Part shown: positions 46,558 through 60,800 of the stretch, piece by piece
Layout of the letters: every line of letters begins with the position of its first letter
Position numbering within the stretch: the stretch's first letter is position 1
Assembly: GCA_965153355.1 (NCBI GenBank)
Contig: OZ231126.1
Location: forward strand, 41,168,001 to 41,232,000
DNA: 64,000 nucleotides
Direction of reading: 5' to 3'
From: Flaccisagitta enflata
Taxonomy: Eukaryota
Notes under the pieces: generated by a model
The model's database searches: none
What the model saw: the letters and a program-made list of their open reading frames with translations, nothing else
What the model was told of the DNA's origin: nothing
Translations under genes and position numbers: made by a program

Positions 46558-47212
46558 CTTCTTTGCCACATGAAACCCCGTGAATGTCAAAATTCCATAG
46601 CGAGTCTCACGGAAAAACATCGTTTTTACAAATAAACAAGGCCGGATACACGGGCCAAGACGGTAAGCCTGGGGTTAGTAATTCTGACCTATTCCAAACT
46701 CTTTTGACCTAACCATATATAAATGTGATAATGGATGAACTGACTATTAACATGGATGATGAACAAGATGAGTTTTTTTGAGATTTTAAACATTTTCTGC
46801 GATTTTTCCCTCTAGAGTATCGAACTGACAGACAGACTGACAAACTGGCATCTTTAAATATGACAAGAGCTTAATATGATAATGAATGAATCGACGAGTA
46901 AAGTAACATCAATGATGAATAGAGATGAGTTTTTAAGTGATTCAAAACATTTTCTGCGATTTGAAACTCTAGTATATGAGGCTCTGTAGCACAGACATAA
47001 GGAGGAATTCATCCATTATGTGTTTTCTCATTGCATTTGCAGCAACACCTACAGTAAAAGTTTCTGTCTTTTCAATTTTCAAAAAAAAAAAAAAAAACAT
47101 CTTTTCGCTGGCGGTTTCCCTCTTTCATAATTTCATGAAATTCATTCAATTTATCAGCCATTTTCTCATAATTCAATGAACTTTCTCGTGTATTAGTGAA
47201 TTGTAGTGACTT

Positions 47213-47758
47213 TGTGGACAGCGGCCCCGAAGGGGACAAAGTCCTGTAGTACACAGGGGGACTTTCGTTCGTTCGTTTGTATCTTCGTCCCCCCCTCATC
47301 AGGCCTCTCAGGCCTCAAATCTGGCCTGTCAAATCCAGCCAAATCTGGCCTGTCAAATCCAGCCTCTTAGGCCTCAAATCTGGCCTCTCAGGCTCCAAAT
47401 CCAACCTCTCAGGCCTCAAACCTGGGTCTCAGGCCTCTTATCAGCCATCTAAGCCTCAATTTTCAGGCTTCAAATCAGTCCTCTGGCCTTTCCAGCCTCC
47501 AAGCAGCCCTCTCAAGCTTCCAATTTGCATTCTCAGGCCTTACATCATCCTTCTTAGACCTCAGTTTAGGCACTTGAAGGCCTTCAGTCAGCCCTCCATA
47601 GCATCTCATCCACTTCAAGCAGGAAGAACGAAAGTCCCCCTGTGTTCTACAGGACTGGTCTCCTTTTTGGGCCGCTGCCTGCTTCTCACCTAACGAAGCA
47701 ATCAGGCAAAGCAGGGAACGGGTATCGCTGACCACATATTGCCCTTGGGCGACCTGTT
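47213..47758 (+). mobile_element. Family B element (same subfamily as 56906-57609)
   Basis: Arms, 21-bp array and tail are colinear with 56906-57609. Confidence 0.75.
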
Positions 47759-48713
47759 TGATACTTAGATACTAATTTTACTATTTATTCCGTTGACAGG
47801 ATATGTCTCAGATGAGCTAAAGTTAAATGCTAAAGTTAAATGAAAATCTACCATGATTGAAAAGTTATTTGAAAAGTATAAAGCTTATTTGCCGAGAATC
47901 TTATCTTGTTTTCATTGGAGCACTAAATGTTGCTTATTTTAGTGGTGTCCTTGTTGCTTAACGATAATCAAAAACAAAAGAACAAGGGACGCGGGGTCAC
48001 AATATCGTTGCAGACGGGTGGGCAGGGGCATCCAACCCCCATCTACACCCTATGCCCCTTTACCGACACACATATCAAAAAAATTTTTTAAAACGTTTGT
48101 CTTCCCACTTTTTGACTTGTGCGTTATGGACGGACGGATGGACAGATAGACGGATGGATGGACAGATGGACGGACGGTTGGTCGGATGGATAGACGGATG
48201 GATGGACAGATAGACGGACGGTTGGTCGGATGGACGGACGGATGGACAAAGCCTCTTATATAGTTGCGTGTCCGCAACAAAAAAATACTCCTTACTGGCG
48301 AGCAAAAAACGCCGAAATTGGCGTGTGCATGCTCTCGTTGAGGTTCGATTTAGTGAATTTTGGCTTGAAACCGACCGCTGGAAACGACGTCGAAATGGCA
48401 AAAAATGATAATTTTCAAATTAATAGTTCATTTGCTAGATATTGTCCTAATAAGTTGAAACTTTGCAAATATCTTCTATACACCCTCTTGTGCTAAAAAA
48501 ATATCGAGTTAGGCCTTGTTCCATCTTTACGCGGGATACTAACATGATGACACGCGATGACACGCTAAGATGATTAGTCGGCCTTGGATTGATATTGGGC
48601 TGCATGACCACGGCTTCATGTCCACAGCCTTGCTGGGGATTGACATTGGGCTTCATGAAAAAAAAATGAAGATGGCCATCAATTATCGTGTAATTATCTC
48701 TCCTGAATATATC

Positions 48714-49446
48714 CAGGCCTTTTTTTAGTGATTTTTTTGGCAGAGCCAACCGGGCTCTCTCCTCAAAATTTTACTGAGCCCCACGGCAAAACAGCGAGCC
48801 CGGCAAAAAACAAAGCTGGATGGAAGGCTACCTATATTGTGTTGGGCAGGGGCAGTGAGGAAATTTGCTAGAAAACATTTGAGTAGGAGAAGTGACATCA
48901 AAATCACTTGTAAATGAAAAAAAATGTGAAGCTGACTAATAGAGCAACAGATGGACTAATGAATGGACAGACCAACAGATGGACAGACCAACAGATGGAC
49001 AGGCTGCCATAGGTTATAGAGTAGCGTGTTAACGATTTGAAAAAGTAAACATTTTGCTCCATTTTTTAAAAATCTTTAAGCCTCATGAGTCATGACACTA
49101 TCATCGTTCAATGGTAATTTTACATCTCTCTCATAACAGAAATAAATTGGATTTAAAGAAAGCAAAAAATCATCACAGCTTTTGTACCATCAATATTGGA
49201 TGCATTTACATGAAAAAAAAATGAGGTGCTTTACTTGTTAATCAATTCTCATTTGACGAGGTCAATATGGTAGAGGTTCAAGTCTCTCTCAACTTGTTAA
49301 TTGGGTTTTCTAATTATGATTATGAATCTTCCAATCCATGGTTTCAATTTTGAGAGAGCCAGCCGGGCTCAGAGCCAGCGAAACCAGAGAGCCCGACAGC
49401 AAAATAGAGAGCCACGGGCTCGCGGGCTCGCTCTAAAAAAGGCCTG
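48714..49446. mobile_element. Non-autonomous DNA transposon with 9-bp TSD
   Basis: TIR CAGGCCTTTTTTTAG / CTAAAAAAGGCCTG. GAATATATC is duplicated at 48705-48713 and 49447-49455. GAGCC/GGCTC subterminal repeats. Confidence 0.8.
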
Positions 49447-49451
49447 GAATA

Positions 49452-49509
<58 letters not shown>

Positions 49510-49514
49510 AACAG

Positions 49515-51837
<2,323 letters not shown>

Positions 51838-52031
51838 AAAAGAATGCTTGTGAGAGACTCAACTCACAAAAGCCATTTTCAGGATGGAGGCTCAAAAGCA
51901 TGATGACTTCGATGACCCTTCATTGATATTCACTTAAGACTTGGTTCATTTCGATGCAATTACCGTATTGGAAATTACTGCACATCATAGAAGCAAGCTT
52001 ACTAACGGAATTACTGAACTTAAGACGTGCC

Positions 52032-52096
52032 AATAAACGCCTTTGGAAGGGGCTTTTAGGAAAGATTAAAGATCTGTATTCGGATTATGCAATAAA
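52032..52096 (+). terminator. Candidate polyadenylation signals of the ENT4-like gene
   Basis: AATAAA at 52032-52037 and 52091-52096, about 200-260 nt after the stop. Confidence 0.35.
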
Positions 52097-52704
52097 CTTG
52101 CATCGCAAAAAAGATGGTGTGGATGTCTTGTAACTTTGTTAACAGAAGACAACCTAGCTATGATCATCAACCTAGGTATGAACTTGTTTTTCATGTATCC
52201 ATGAACATCTTTCTACGACCCGATAATGCTAAATGTTTATTTATATGATGTATTCAGAGATGCTATATTTATACAAAGTTACTGCTTTTCTTGCTGTAAA
52301 TATAAACAAAGCCGGCCTTTCTTCTTGCCTCCTGTCTTTTTTGGCCACTGAATTACTTCACAAAACAAAGCATATTTTTGATGTGGTGATTTACTCTGTT
52401 TATCTTTTTCCATATTGAAATTGTTGTATAAACGTGATGTTGGTTTTAACGTATTATTCCTTCCAAAGATTTAAAATGGTAACTCGGCGCTGAGAAAACA
52501 TCAAATTTAATCACGCTTGCTCTCTCTTTCTTCCACTGCCTATCTGTCCGTCTGTCCGACTGACTGTGTGCTTGTTTGTTTCTCGCACACTCTCATGGCT
52601 CTTTTTAGATGCTCTCATGGCTCTTTTTAGATGCTTCCCCGCATCACTATAAAAGGGTGTGTCTTTTGTTAGGAAGGTAGGAAAATTTCTTGGCGCGATT
52701 TGTG

Positions 52705-52872
52705 TTTTTAGTTGCGGACACGCAACTCTATAAGAGGCTTTGTCCGTCCGTCGGTCCGTCGGTCCGTCCGTTGGTCCGTTGGTCCGTCAGCACGAGTCGA
52801 AAAGTGGGAAAACGCGCATATCCGCCACTGCCCACCCGTCCGCAACTGGTGGCCGTGTATCCGGCCTTGTTT
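52705..52872 (+). mobile_element. Helentron-associated/DINE-1-like non-autonomous element, family A (most complete copy)
   Basis: T-run, 5' palindrome AGTTGCGGACACGCAACT, (GTCC/GTCG)n core, sub-terminal IR GTCCGCAACT, 3' hairpin GGCCGTGTATCCGGCC, T-rich end. Related copies at about 3108-3335, 7886-8085, 9060-9240, 17920-18185, 19878-20027, 25370-25540, 29560-29705, 39395-39606 (-), 47980-48280 (-). Confidence 0.75.
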
Positions 52873-53037
52873 TCTCAAAACTTGTTTATCTCTTATATCG
52901 AAATAAGACGCATAAATTGGACATCTCTTAGCCATGTTATTTCTTATCTGCACCCCTACCATGCCTCTTTGTCTGTATGTACTTGTTTCTGTCCTGCTCG
53001 TTTAACTACCATTGATCCCCACTCTCTACTTTCATTC

Positions 53038-53130
<93 letters not shown>

Positions 53131-53710
53131 CCGATGTATTTCCGCCTGGTGATCGCCTTCGTCCGTATCTATAACGATAGCGACGCGCTACAACTCATTC
53201 AATAGACGAAAATGCCATTCCCATGCTTGCCTTGTTCTGCCACTTGACATCATCTATAGTTTTCTTGTCCATCCACCCATTAGTCAGTCCCTTTGTCCAC
53301 CCCTTACTCATTCCAATGCCATCTTAGTGACTTCGACCAAAAAAAGATATTACTTTTTATTAGTTGTCCTTTCCTTGAATTTTCATTGTTAAATTCTCTC
53401 GTGTTTGCCACTTTAACATGATCGATCTCGATCGTATTTGCGACTTCGCGTTCTTCATTTCGAATACTCACTATCCCAAATTATGAATAATTCCAAGATC
53501 TCAGTCTTATTTACTCTTCCTTTTCTTGTTGAAACTATAATTAATGCGTGAACGAGTGAATTCTGAACTGTATTACAATCCAAAATTTTCATTGCAATAA
53601 AGATTGTCTCGAAATGCTTAAGACAATTAACAATTTCCGCACACAGCATGAACACATAAAAATGGTGAGAAATATAAACAGAGGAAAAATGATGCATAAC
53701 ACAGATACAT

Positions 53711-53751
<41 letters not shown>

Positions 53752-53917
53752 AAGAGGGAGACAGAAAGAAAGAAAGGCGCATAGGTTCTAGGTAGTCTGT
53801 AGAAGAAACAAAAGATCAAGGCGTAAAAACAAACGACGTGTATGAAGACGCATTAGTTAATCAGCCAACAAAAAAAGGCATCTTCTCCCTCCCTTGCAAC
53901 GTTCTTTTTCCTCGATC

Positions 53918-55064
53918 TCAATGACCATTGACAACCACATCTTCTCTCACAACATTCTCCTCCAATTTGACGACGACTCCCTCTCCCGGTCGCAAAAACA
54001 CTTTGTCCAACCGAATGCGAGATCCTTGCCCGAATTCTGTGTGCAGCAGGTTTTTGGTGGTGAGAACGATCTCGCCGATCGCAGGCACGCGCAGACCCGG
54101 CTTGACGAAATCGATGATTGAGGGATTCGTACCCACGTTGACCGCGATGAGGTAACTGCCAGAAAGATGGTTGAGAGAAATGGTTAATTCGAAAATTGCA
54201 CTTGGTGAGAATTCCTGCTAGGACTCTATCAACTAAAAAATACAATAATTTGAAAAACAACCACAACTGCGACACACGCATGAAACAAAAGAGGATTTAT
54301 TTAAAAAAACAAAACAAAAAAAACCAACAGCAATAATATCATCAACAACAACAACGACAATGACCACTAAAACAAAAAACAACAACAAAGATAACAACAA
54401 CAACAACAACTACAACGTTACATACATTAAACAGACAAGAAAAAGTAACATTTTACAAAACAACATCATCAACAGCAAACACGGAAACAACAACATCAAC
54501 ATCAGGAACGACAGCAATTTCAACAACGAGGACGATAAAAGAAGACAACAACAAAACGACAAAAACAACAACAAAAACAAAACAACATAAACACCAATAG
54601 CAACACCATTAGTAACAACAGGAACAACGAATGTCAACTCTCCTTTCTTACCCTGGAAATCCTTCGGCCTGTCTGAGGTAAGAATAAATCTGACTGTCCA
54701 TGGCACTTTCGTAGATTTTGCCCCACGCGATGGACGGTTCCTTCCTCAGCTTGAAGACGTGTTCCACGGTTTCGAGATTGTTGTGATCCGCTCCCAAAGC
54801 GCGTTGGACTTGGACGTTGTGGCGGTCGTGGAAAGGCGCGAAGGGGATGAAAGGCCCCTTCTTAGAGGTGGTGAAACCGCCCGTCTTGGAATCGCTCGTC
54901 CACTGCATCGGAGTCGCAGTCACGTTGTCGGCGGGTTGCAACATCCCGATCTCATCTCCGTAATACATTACGGGTGTGCCTGGGTTGAACATGGATAGGG
55001 ATGGAAACGATCATGATCAATAGATCATCATTATCGTAATCATCATGATCATCTTTATCATCAC

Positions 55065-55133
<69 letters not shown>

Positions 55134-55195
55134 TGTCATCAATAACACAACATAAAATCCACATTTCACAAACTAAGAAAATTTCAAAGAACAAG

Positions 55196-55227
<32 letters not shown>

Positions 55228-55285
55228 CCAATTAAAAAAACACATCAACGATACTAAAAACCGCATTTCACACAACAAGAACCGC

Positions 55286-55368
<83 letters not shown>

Positions 55369-57807
55369 CCCAAATGGCCCAAACTCGAGGCGACCACCAG
55401 GAAGAGGGGGCAGTCAAAGGCGTGCGTGTAAAACCCACTCTTGATATTTTGCCGGATATCACCATTTAGTTATACTCTGGCACGTTACTCGCGGAGAAAT
55501 ATCATGTTTATCATTGATGATGTTGACGTCAATGGACGCAGATTCAGTATTTTGGATCAACATCCGGACCAAACACGAAAATGTCAACGGACCAAGGTCA
55601 AGTCTAAATTACAGAAAAAAAAAACCAAACAACGGATACCAATTAAAGAAAGAAAAAACCCTGACATGGTCGATTTATTACAGAAAAAAAAGTCTGACGA
55701 AATCATCATATGTAACAAAAACAATGTTGACAGCACTTCCTTCAATGCAAAAGTGACCACAATGGAGACGACAAAAACAACAACAACAACAACAAAAATC
55801 AACCGCAAAAACATCAAACTTTGACTACAGCAACTACAATAACAACAATCGTTCTTTCCCTCAACAACAAGTAAAAAAAATACAGCAACAACAATGCAGT
55901 TGAACCCCGCTCTAACGGACCCGCCACCAACACAATTCCGCCTATAACAGATGCAAATTCATGGTCCTTTTAAGTCGGGATGCAATTGAAGACAAAATTT
56001 GATTGGTCAACACAATTTTTTGCAATATTCTAGATATTGTTAATTTGCATATTTTATTTATTAAAAATGATAATCAGTTATTGTTTAAAGTATTTTTGCA
56101 TCAAAAACTATTTTTTTGTCCAAAGTAACTGTAAAATGATAGGATAAATATCAGAAAAAAAAAGGATTTTTAAGGAAAATCTTCATTTACAATCTGAAAT
56201 GTTTTGGGTAAAATTATAACTTTTCTTAGAGATTCAAAAATCGCCATTTTCAAAAACATGGCATCTTTCTAAAGACTTATAAGATGAGCGCCATGTGTTT
56301 AGAAATGCAAAATTTTGCATTCAGAAGCAGAATTATAATTTTACGCAACAGCTTTCTGAATTGAATAGCGCCCCCAGGCAGACCGCAGGGGTCCGATGGT
56401 GGGTGCCTCGTTACTTGATTGAGTTGCGCGAAGATGATTGTTTCATTCCATCAGTTGCAGTTCTGTCTTTCTGTCTGATTGTCCGTCTTCTTGATGGTTG
56501 GTCCATTTGTCATACGCATTTTTGAATGCATTTACGCTGTCTTTTTCTTTCACCCACTCAGGAATTTCATTCCATTTTTTCGCTACTCTTAATCGATGAA
56601 CGTGTCTCCTCGTCTTGAGCCTTGCTGTCTCTGTCTTCATAACATATTGTCGTCTTTTTTCGCCTTCGTCCGTTATCATGGTGTTGCTTCTCGTTGGCCT
56701 TGCGTGCTCGGACTCAAATGTAAACCATTTTTCTACTTGTACGCGGTTGAAGCCGTTTTTAGTTTTGAAAGCCTGTGTGACGTCACCAGTGGTGACTCAC
56801 CACGTTCCCTTCTCTTCTCGAGCGTCTTTCTGCTTCTCCACGTCGTATGCTCCTTTCACGTCGGCGATCATTCTCACTTATCTCTCTTGCACCTCCTCCA
56901 GCTGCTTTTTGGGCAGCGGCTTCGGAGGGGACGAAGTCCTGTAGAACATAGGGGGACTTTCGTGCATCCGTCCGTTTGTCCGTTTTTCCGTTCGTTAGTC
57001 CCCCCCCTTCAACAAACCCCTCAGGCCTCAAATCCAGCCGCTCAGGCCTTAAATCCAGCCTCTCAGGCCTCAAATCCAGCCTCTCAGGCCTCAAATCCAG
57101 CCACTCAGGCCTCAAATGTGGCCTCTCAGGCCTCAAATCTGGCCTCTCAGGCCTCAAATCTGGCCTCTCAGGCCTCAAATCTGGCCTCTCAGGCCTCAAA
57201 TCCAAATTCTCAGGCCTCAAACCTGGCCTTTCATGCCTCAAATTAGGCCTCAAACCAGCCATCTAAACCTTCATTTATTGCTCTCTGGCTTCAAATCAGT
57301 CCTCTGGCCTTTCAAGCCTTAATCCAGCTCTCTCAAGCCTCAAGTCAGCCCTCTCAAGCTTCCAATCGGCATTCTCAGGCCTTATATCAGCCTTCTTAGA
57401 CCTCAGTTTAAGCTCTTGAATGCCTTCAGTCAGCCCTCTATAGCATCTCATCCACTTCTTCAGGTAGGACAAACGAAAGTCCCCCTGTGTTCTACAGGAC
57501 TTCGTCCCCTTCGGGGCCGCTGCCCTGCTTCCCCTCACTCCAATTCAAAATCACTCAAAGCAGGGCAACGGGTATCGCTGACCACATATTGCCCTTGGGC
57601 GACCTGTTGTCTTTCTCCAGCCATGGGCTCACAAATGTTTGTATTGTAAAGTGGAGCCAGATGGTCAAGTGGAATCAGATGGTTATCATAAAACGCTACA
57701 ACAACAATAACATCAACAACAATACGAACAATGACAACAATACCAAAACAACAACAACAACAACTTGTAACAACAAAAACAACAACAACAACAACAACGT
57801 CAACAAG

Positions 57808-57873
<66 letters not shown>

Positions 57874-60800
57874 TCCTACTCCGTGAGACAAGAATCCAGG
57901 TCGAACAAAGATACTGGTCGACTGGTCGTTGCTTAACAAACTAATGGCATGTTGATTAAAGGAATCAATTCTAGAAAGTTCGGATGATTCGATTCAATCG
58001 TGAACTGTCCACATCATGCATCAAAAACGCCATTAGTCGCTACAACTCGCTATTTATGATACCAGCAACGGGACATTCATAAAATTTCGGATTCAACAAA
58101 GTGACATTTTGACCTTTTTTTTTCGCCCCCCCCCAAAAAAAAACAAAATGGCGAAAATGGCGAGTGTTCGAAGCAAATCGGGAAAAGGAAGCATTTACAC
58201 CACGACGAATCCACCCTCTACAATCGATTCAACTCCCTCGTCTCAATCAAGCTTCGACATCATCAGCGCCTTGACGCGCGACGCGGGTCTCGACCACGTA
58301 GTTGAAAGAATTTGGTCTCTGCTCGACTGGAGGTCTCTCGGAAAAGCTACCTTGGTCTGTCACAGCTGGAACGAAATTCTCAAAGATGAGTCTTATTGGC
58401 AAGAAATGATCATGAACCGAGCGCGCCATGATAGAAAATGGCGCATTCTCGTCCGGAGATTCCTCGGCAAATTTCATAACTTCCACTGCGATAACGATGG
58501 CAATCTCATCGATGTCCAGACCAGCGATGTCCAGACCAGCACGACTGCTGATGGCCAGACTGATTATGATCAGGTGGCCAATGGCGATGCTGATGCCGCT
58601 ATCCAGGATGATATAAACACCAATTGTAATACCGCCTCTCAAGATGCTGAATTTGCCTCTGTCGACGGTGTCAAGCAAACGGCTGTCGCCAGTGCCGAAT
58701 TCGTGGCAAAGGACATTGGCATTGCCACGTTCGCTGGACCCGCCAATCCATCATTCCAGGCACACGCTTTGGACGACTTGGAAAGTGTCAAGGGACTTCT
58801 GAGGAACCACTTCTTCCTGTCGCAAACACCATTGGCCCAACATCACAAGTTGCCTTCGATGCGGCAAATCTATTTCAATGTCTCGAATTTGACCAACCAC
58901 ATTCTAGGGAGGTTGGACGAAAAAATGTCTCCAACAACAAGCGGGCAAACTATCCGTCGTGCGGAGGTTGTGGAACCGTTGCAAATAGCGCGACTCACGA
59001 ATGGCCATGAATTGCAAATAACTTCGCTCTACTACTTTGAGTTGCTCCGACGTTACGTCGTCGGCTGCAGCGATGGACAAGTCGTTTGTTTCGGAGAGTT
59101 ATCTCTTACTACAAAGGAGCACTTTAAAGCGGGCGCAGGCGCTATCCATCATCTCGCTTCCTATGACCGATTTCTGATTACTTATGCAAACAAAGAAAAA
59201 CGAACACCGATAAAATTTTGGAGTTCTCTCGTCGTTGTTGAAAATGGTGTACGAGTCCGAAGGCTAACCTGTGTGTTTCAATTACCTACAAATGGAGTAG
59301 GTTCATATCACCCGTTTAGGGTACGCGAGGACTTGTTGATAACTAATTCGGATGATTGGGCCATAGGTGTGTGGAGGCTGAAATCCCTTGGCGACGCTGG
59401 CATAGCGCTGAGGCCAATATTTACCCACGATTGTGCGAACGAAAGGGAATGCGATTCGTGTGACCTTTTCGACGTGGATGGCGATTTTGTGGCGTGGTTT
59501 CGTGGTTACGCATTTCGACCTTGTGAGGAAACAGGCGTCATCATTTGCGACTTGGATGAAGGCGACGCGGGTCGATGACGGCGTTTAACTGCTAATGAAG
59601 CTCAACGGCGTCATCACCGCTGCCAAAAAATTGTCATTGGTCGCAAAAAAAGTTTTGTCCTTGTACCCAAAACGGATTTTCTCATCGTGGAGAGCGATCA
59701 AATTGCTGATCCACACGGTAATTTAAAGTTAGTCAGCAAATCAATGGGAGACGTCCTCGCAAACATTCCCTTTCAATTCAAGTTGCCTAAAGGCGTTCGG
59801 AAAGTATATCGAATGAACCCACTGCACAGTTGTGCACCAATGGAACTCGACGATGATTTCCTGATACTTAGAGGATATCACGGCGATTTAGCGTGGGACG
59901 TTAATCGCATGATTGAGAGTTATCTTCACCATCACCATCAAATGGCCCAATCTCAAAGCTCAAACCACAATGCAGAGGGGACAATCGATGGCACGCGTGT
60001 AATACCCACCATTAGTATTATGCCGGATATCACCATTCGACTGGATGATCAAGCTTTTTCGAAAAATCAGACGACGCATTCTTCGCGGAAAAACATCATT
60101 TTCGTCAAGGAAGATGCAGATGAACGCAGTTTCAGTGTTTGGGACCAACATCCGGACCAAAGTGGAAAATAGACGCGGACTAAGTCTAAGGATACGCGAT
60201 TAGTCTACGCGATTAGAGCCTAAATCAAAAGAAAAAAAAAACAAACCAAAGAACGTAAACAAAACAATACCAAAACAAGAACAAAAGACACTGTTACATG
60301 ACAAAAATAGCAACAATTGCAACAACTACAACAACAACAAAGCTATAACAACAACAAGAACAACCAAAATAAAACACTTTTAACAACAACAGCAGCGAGA
60401 ACAACTAAAACAAGTACAATAACAACAAAAATAGCAATGACGAGGACAACGACAACGACGACGACAGAAACATCATACGCGTATTCCTATTAAAAATGCT
60501 AATGACTTGCCTGGCAGCAGTCCCAAAATCAAGAAATAAGCGTTGAAGAGTTTTGTTCCGACTCTGGCGACGAATCTGGGCATATTTTCTGCTCCAAGGG
60601 CTTCCGCTCGCCACTTCTTCTTCGTCTTCTTCTCATCATCGTCGACATCAGCTCCTCCGCTGATGACGACGATGTCCTCGTTTGGTGCATAAATGGAAGA
60701 CTTCAAACATCCTGAATCGCATCCATCGACGACTCCCGACGAGAGACGCCGCATCTTGCAGACGATGTTGGCCCGCAACACCACGTCGACGCCCGATTCT

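Noticed and set aside
46204..46573. Short ORFs as the missing 5' ENT exons
   Set aside because: No hydrophobic TM segments or ENT motifs in the translated frames.
56596..57322. Repeat-protein-like ORFs (ASQASNL, LRPERPD); similar ones at 250-547 and 62965-63682
   Set aside because: They are translations of the 20-21-bp arrays inside family B elements.
59576..59578. Selenocysteine codon
   Set aside because: There is no redox motif context and no SECIS recognisable by eye, and F-box/WD40 proteins are not known selenoproteins. A formal SECIS search was not run.
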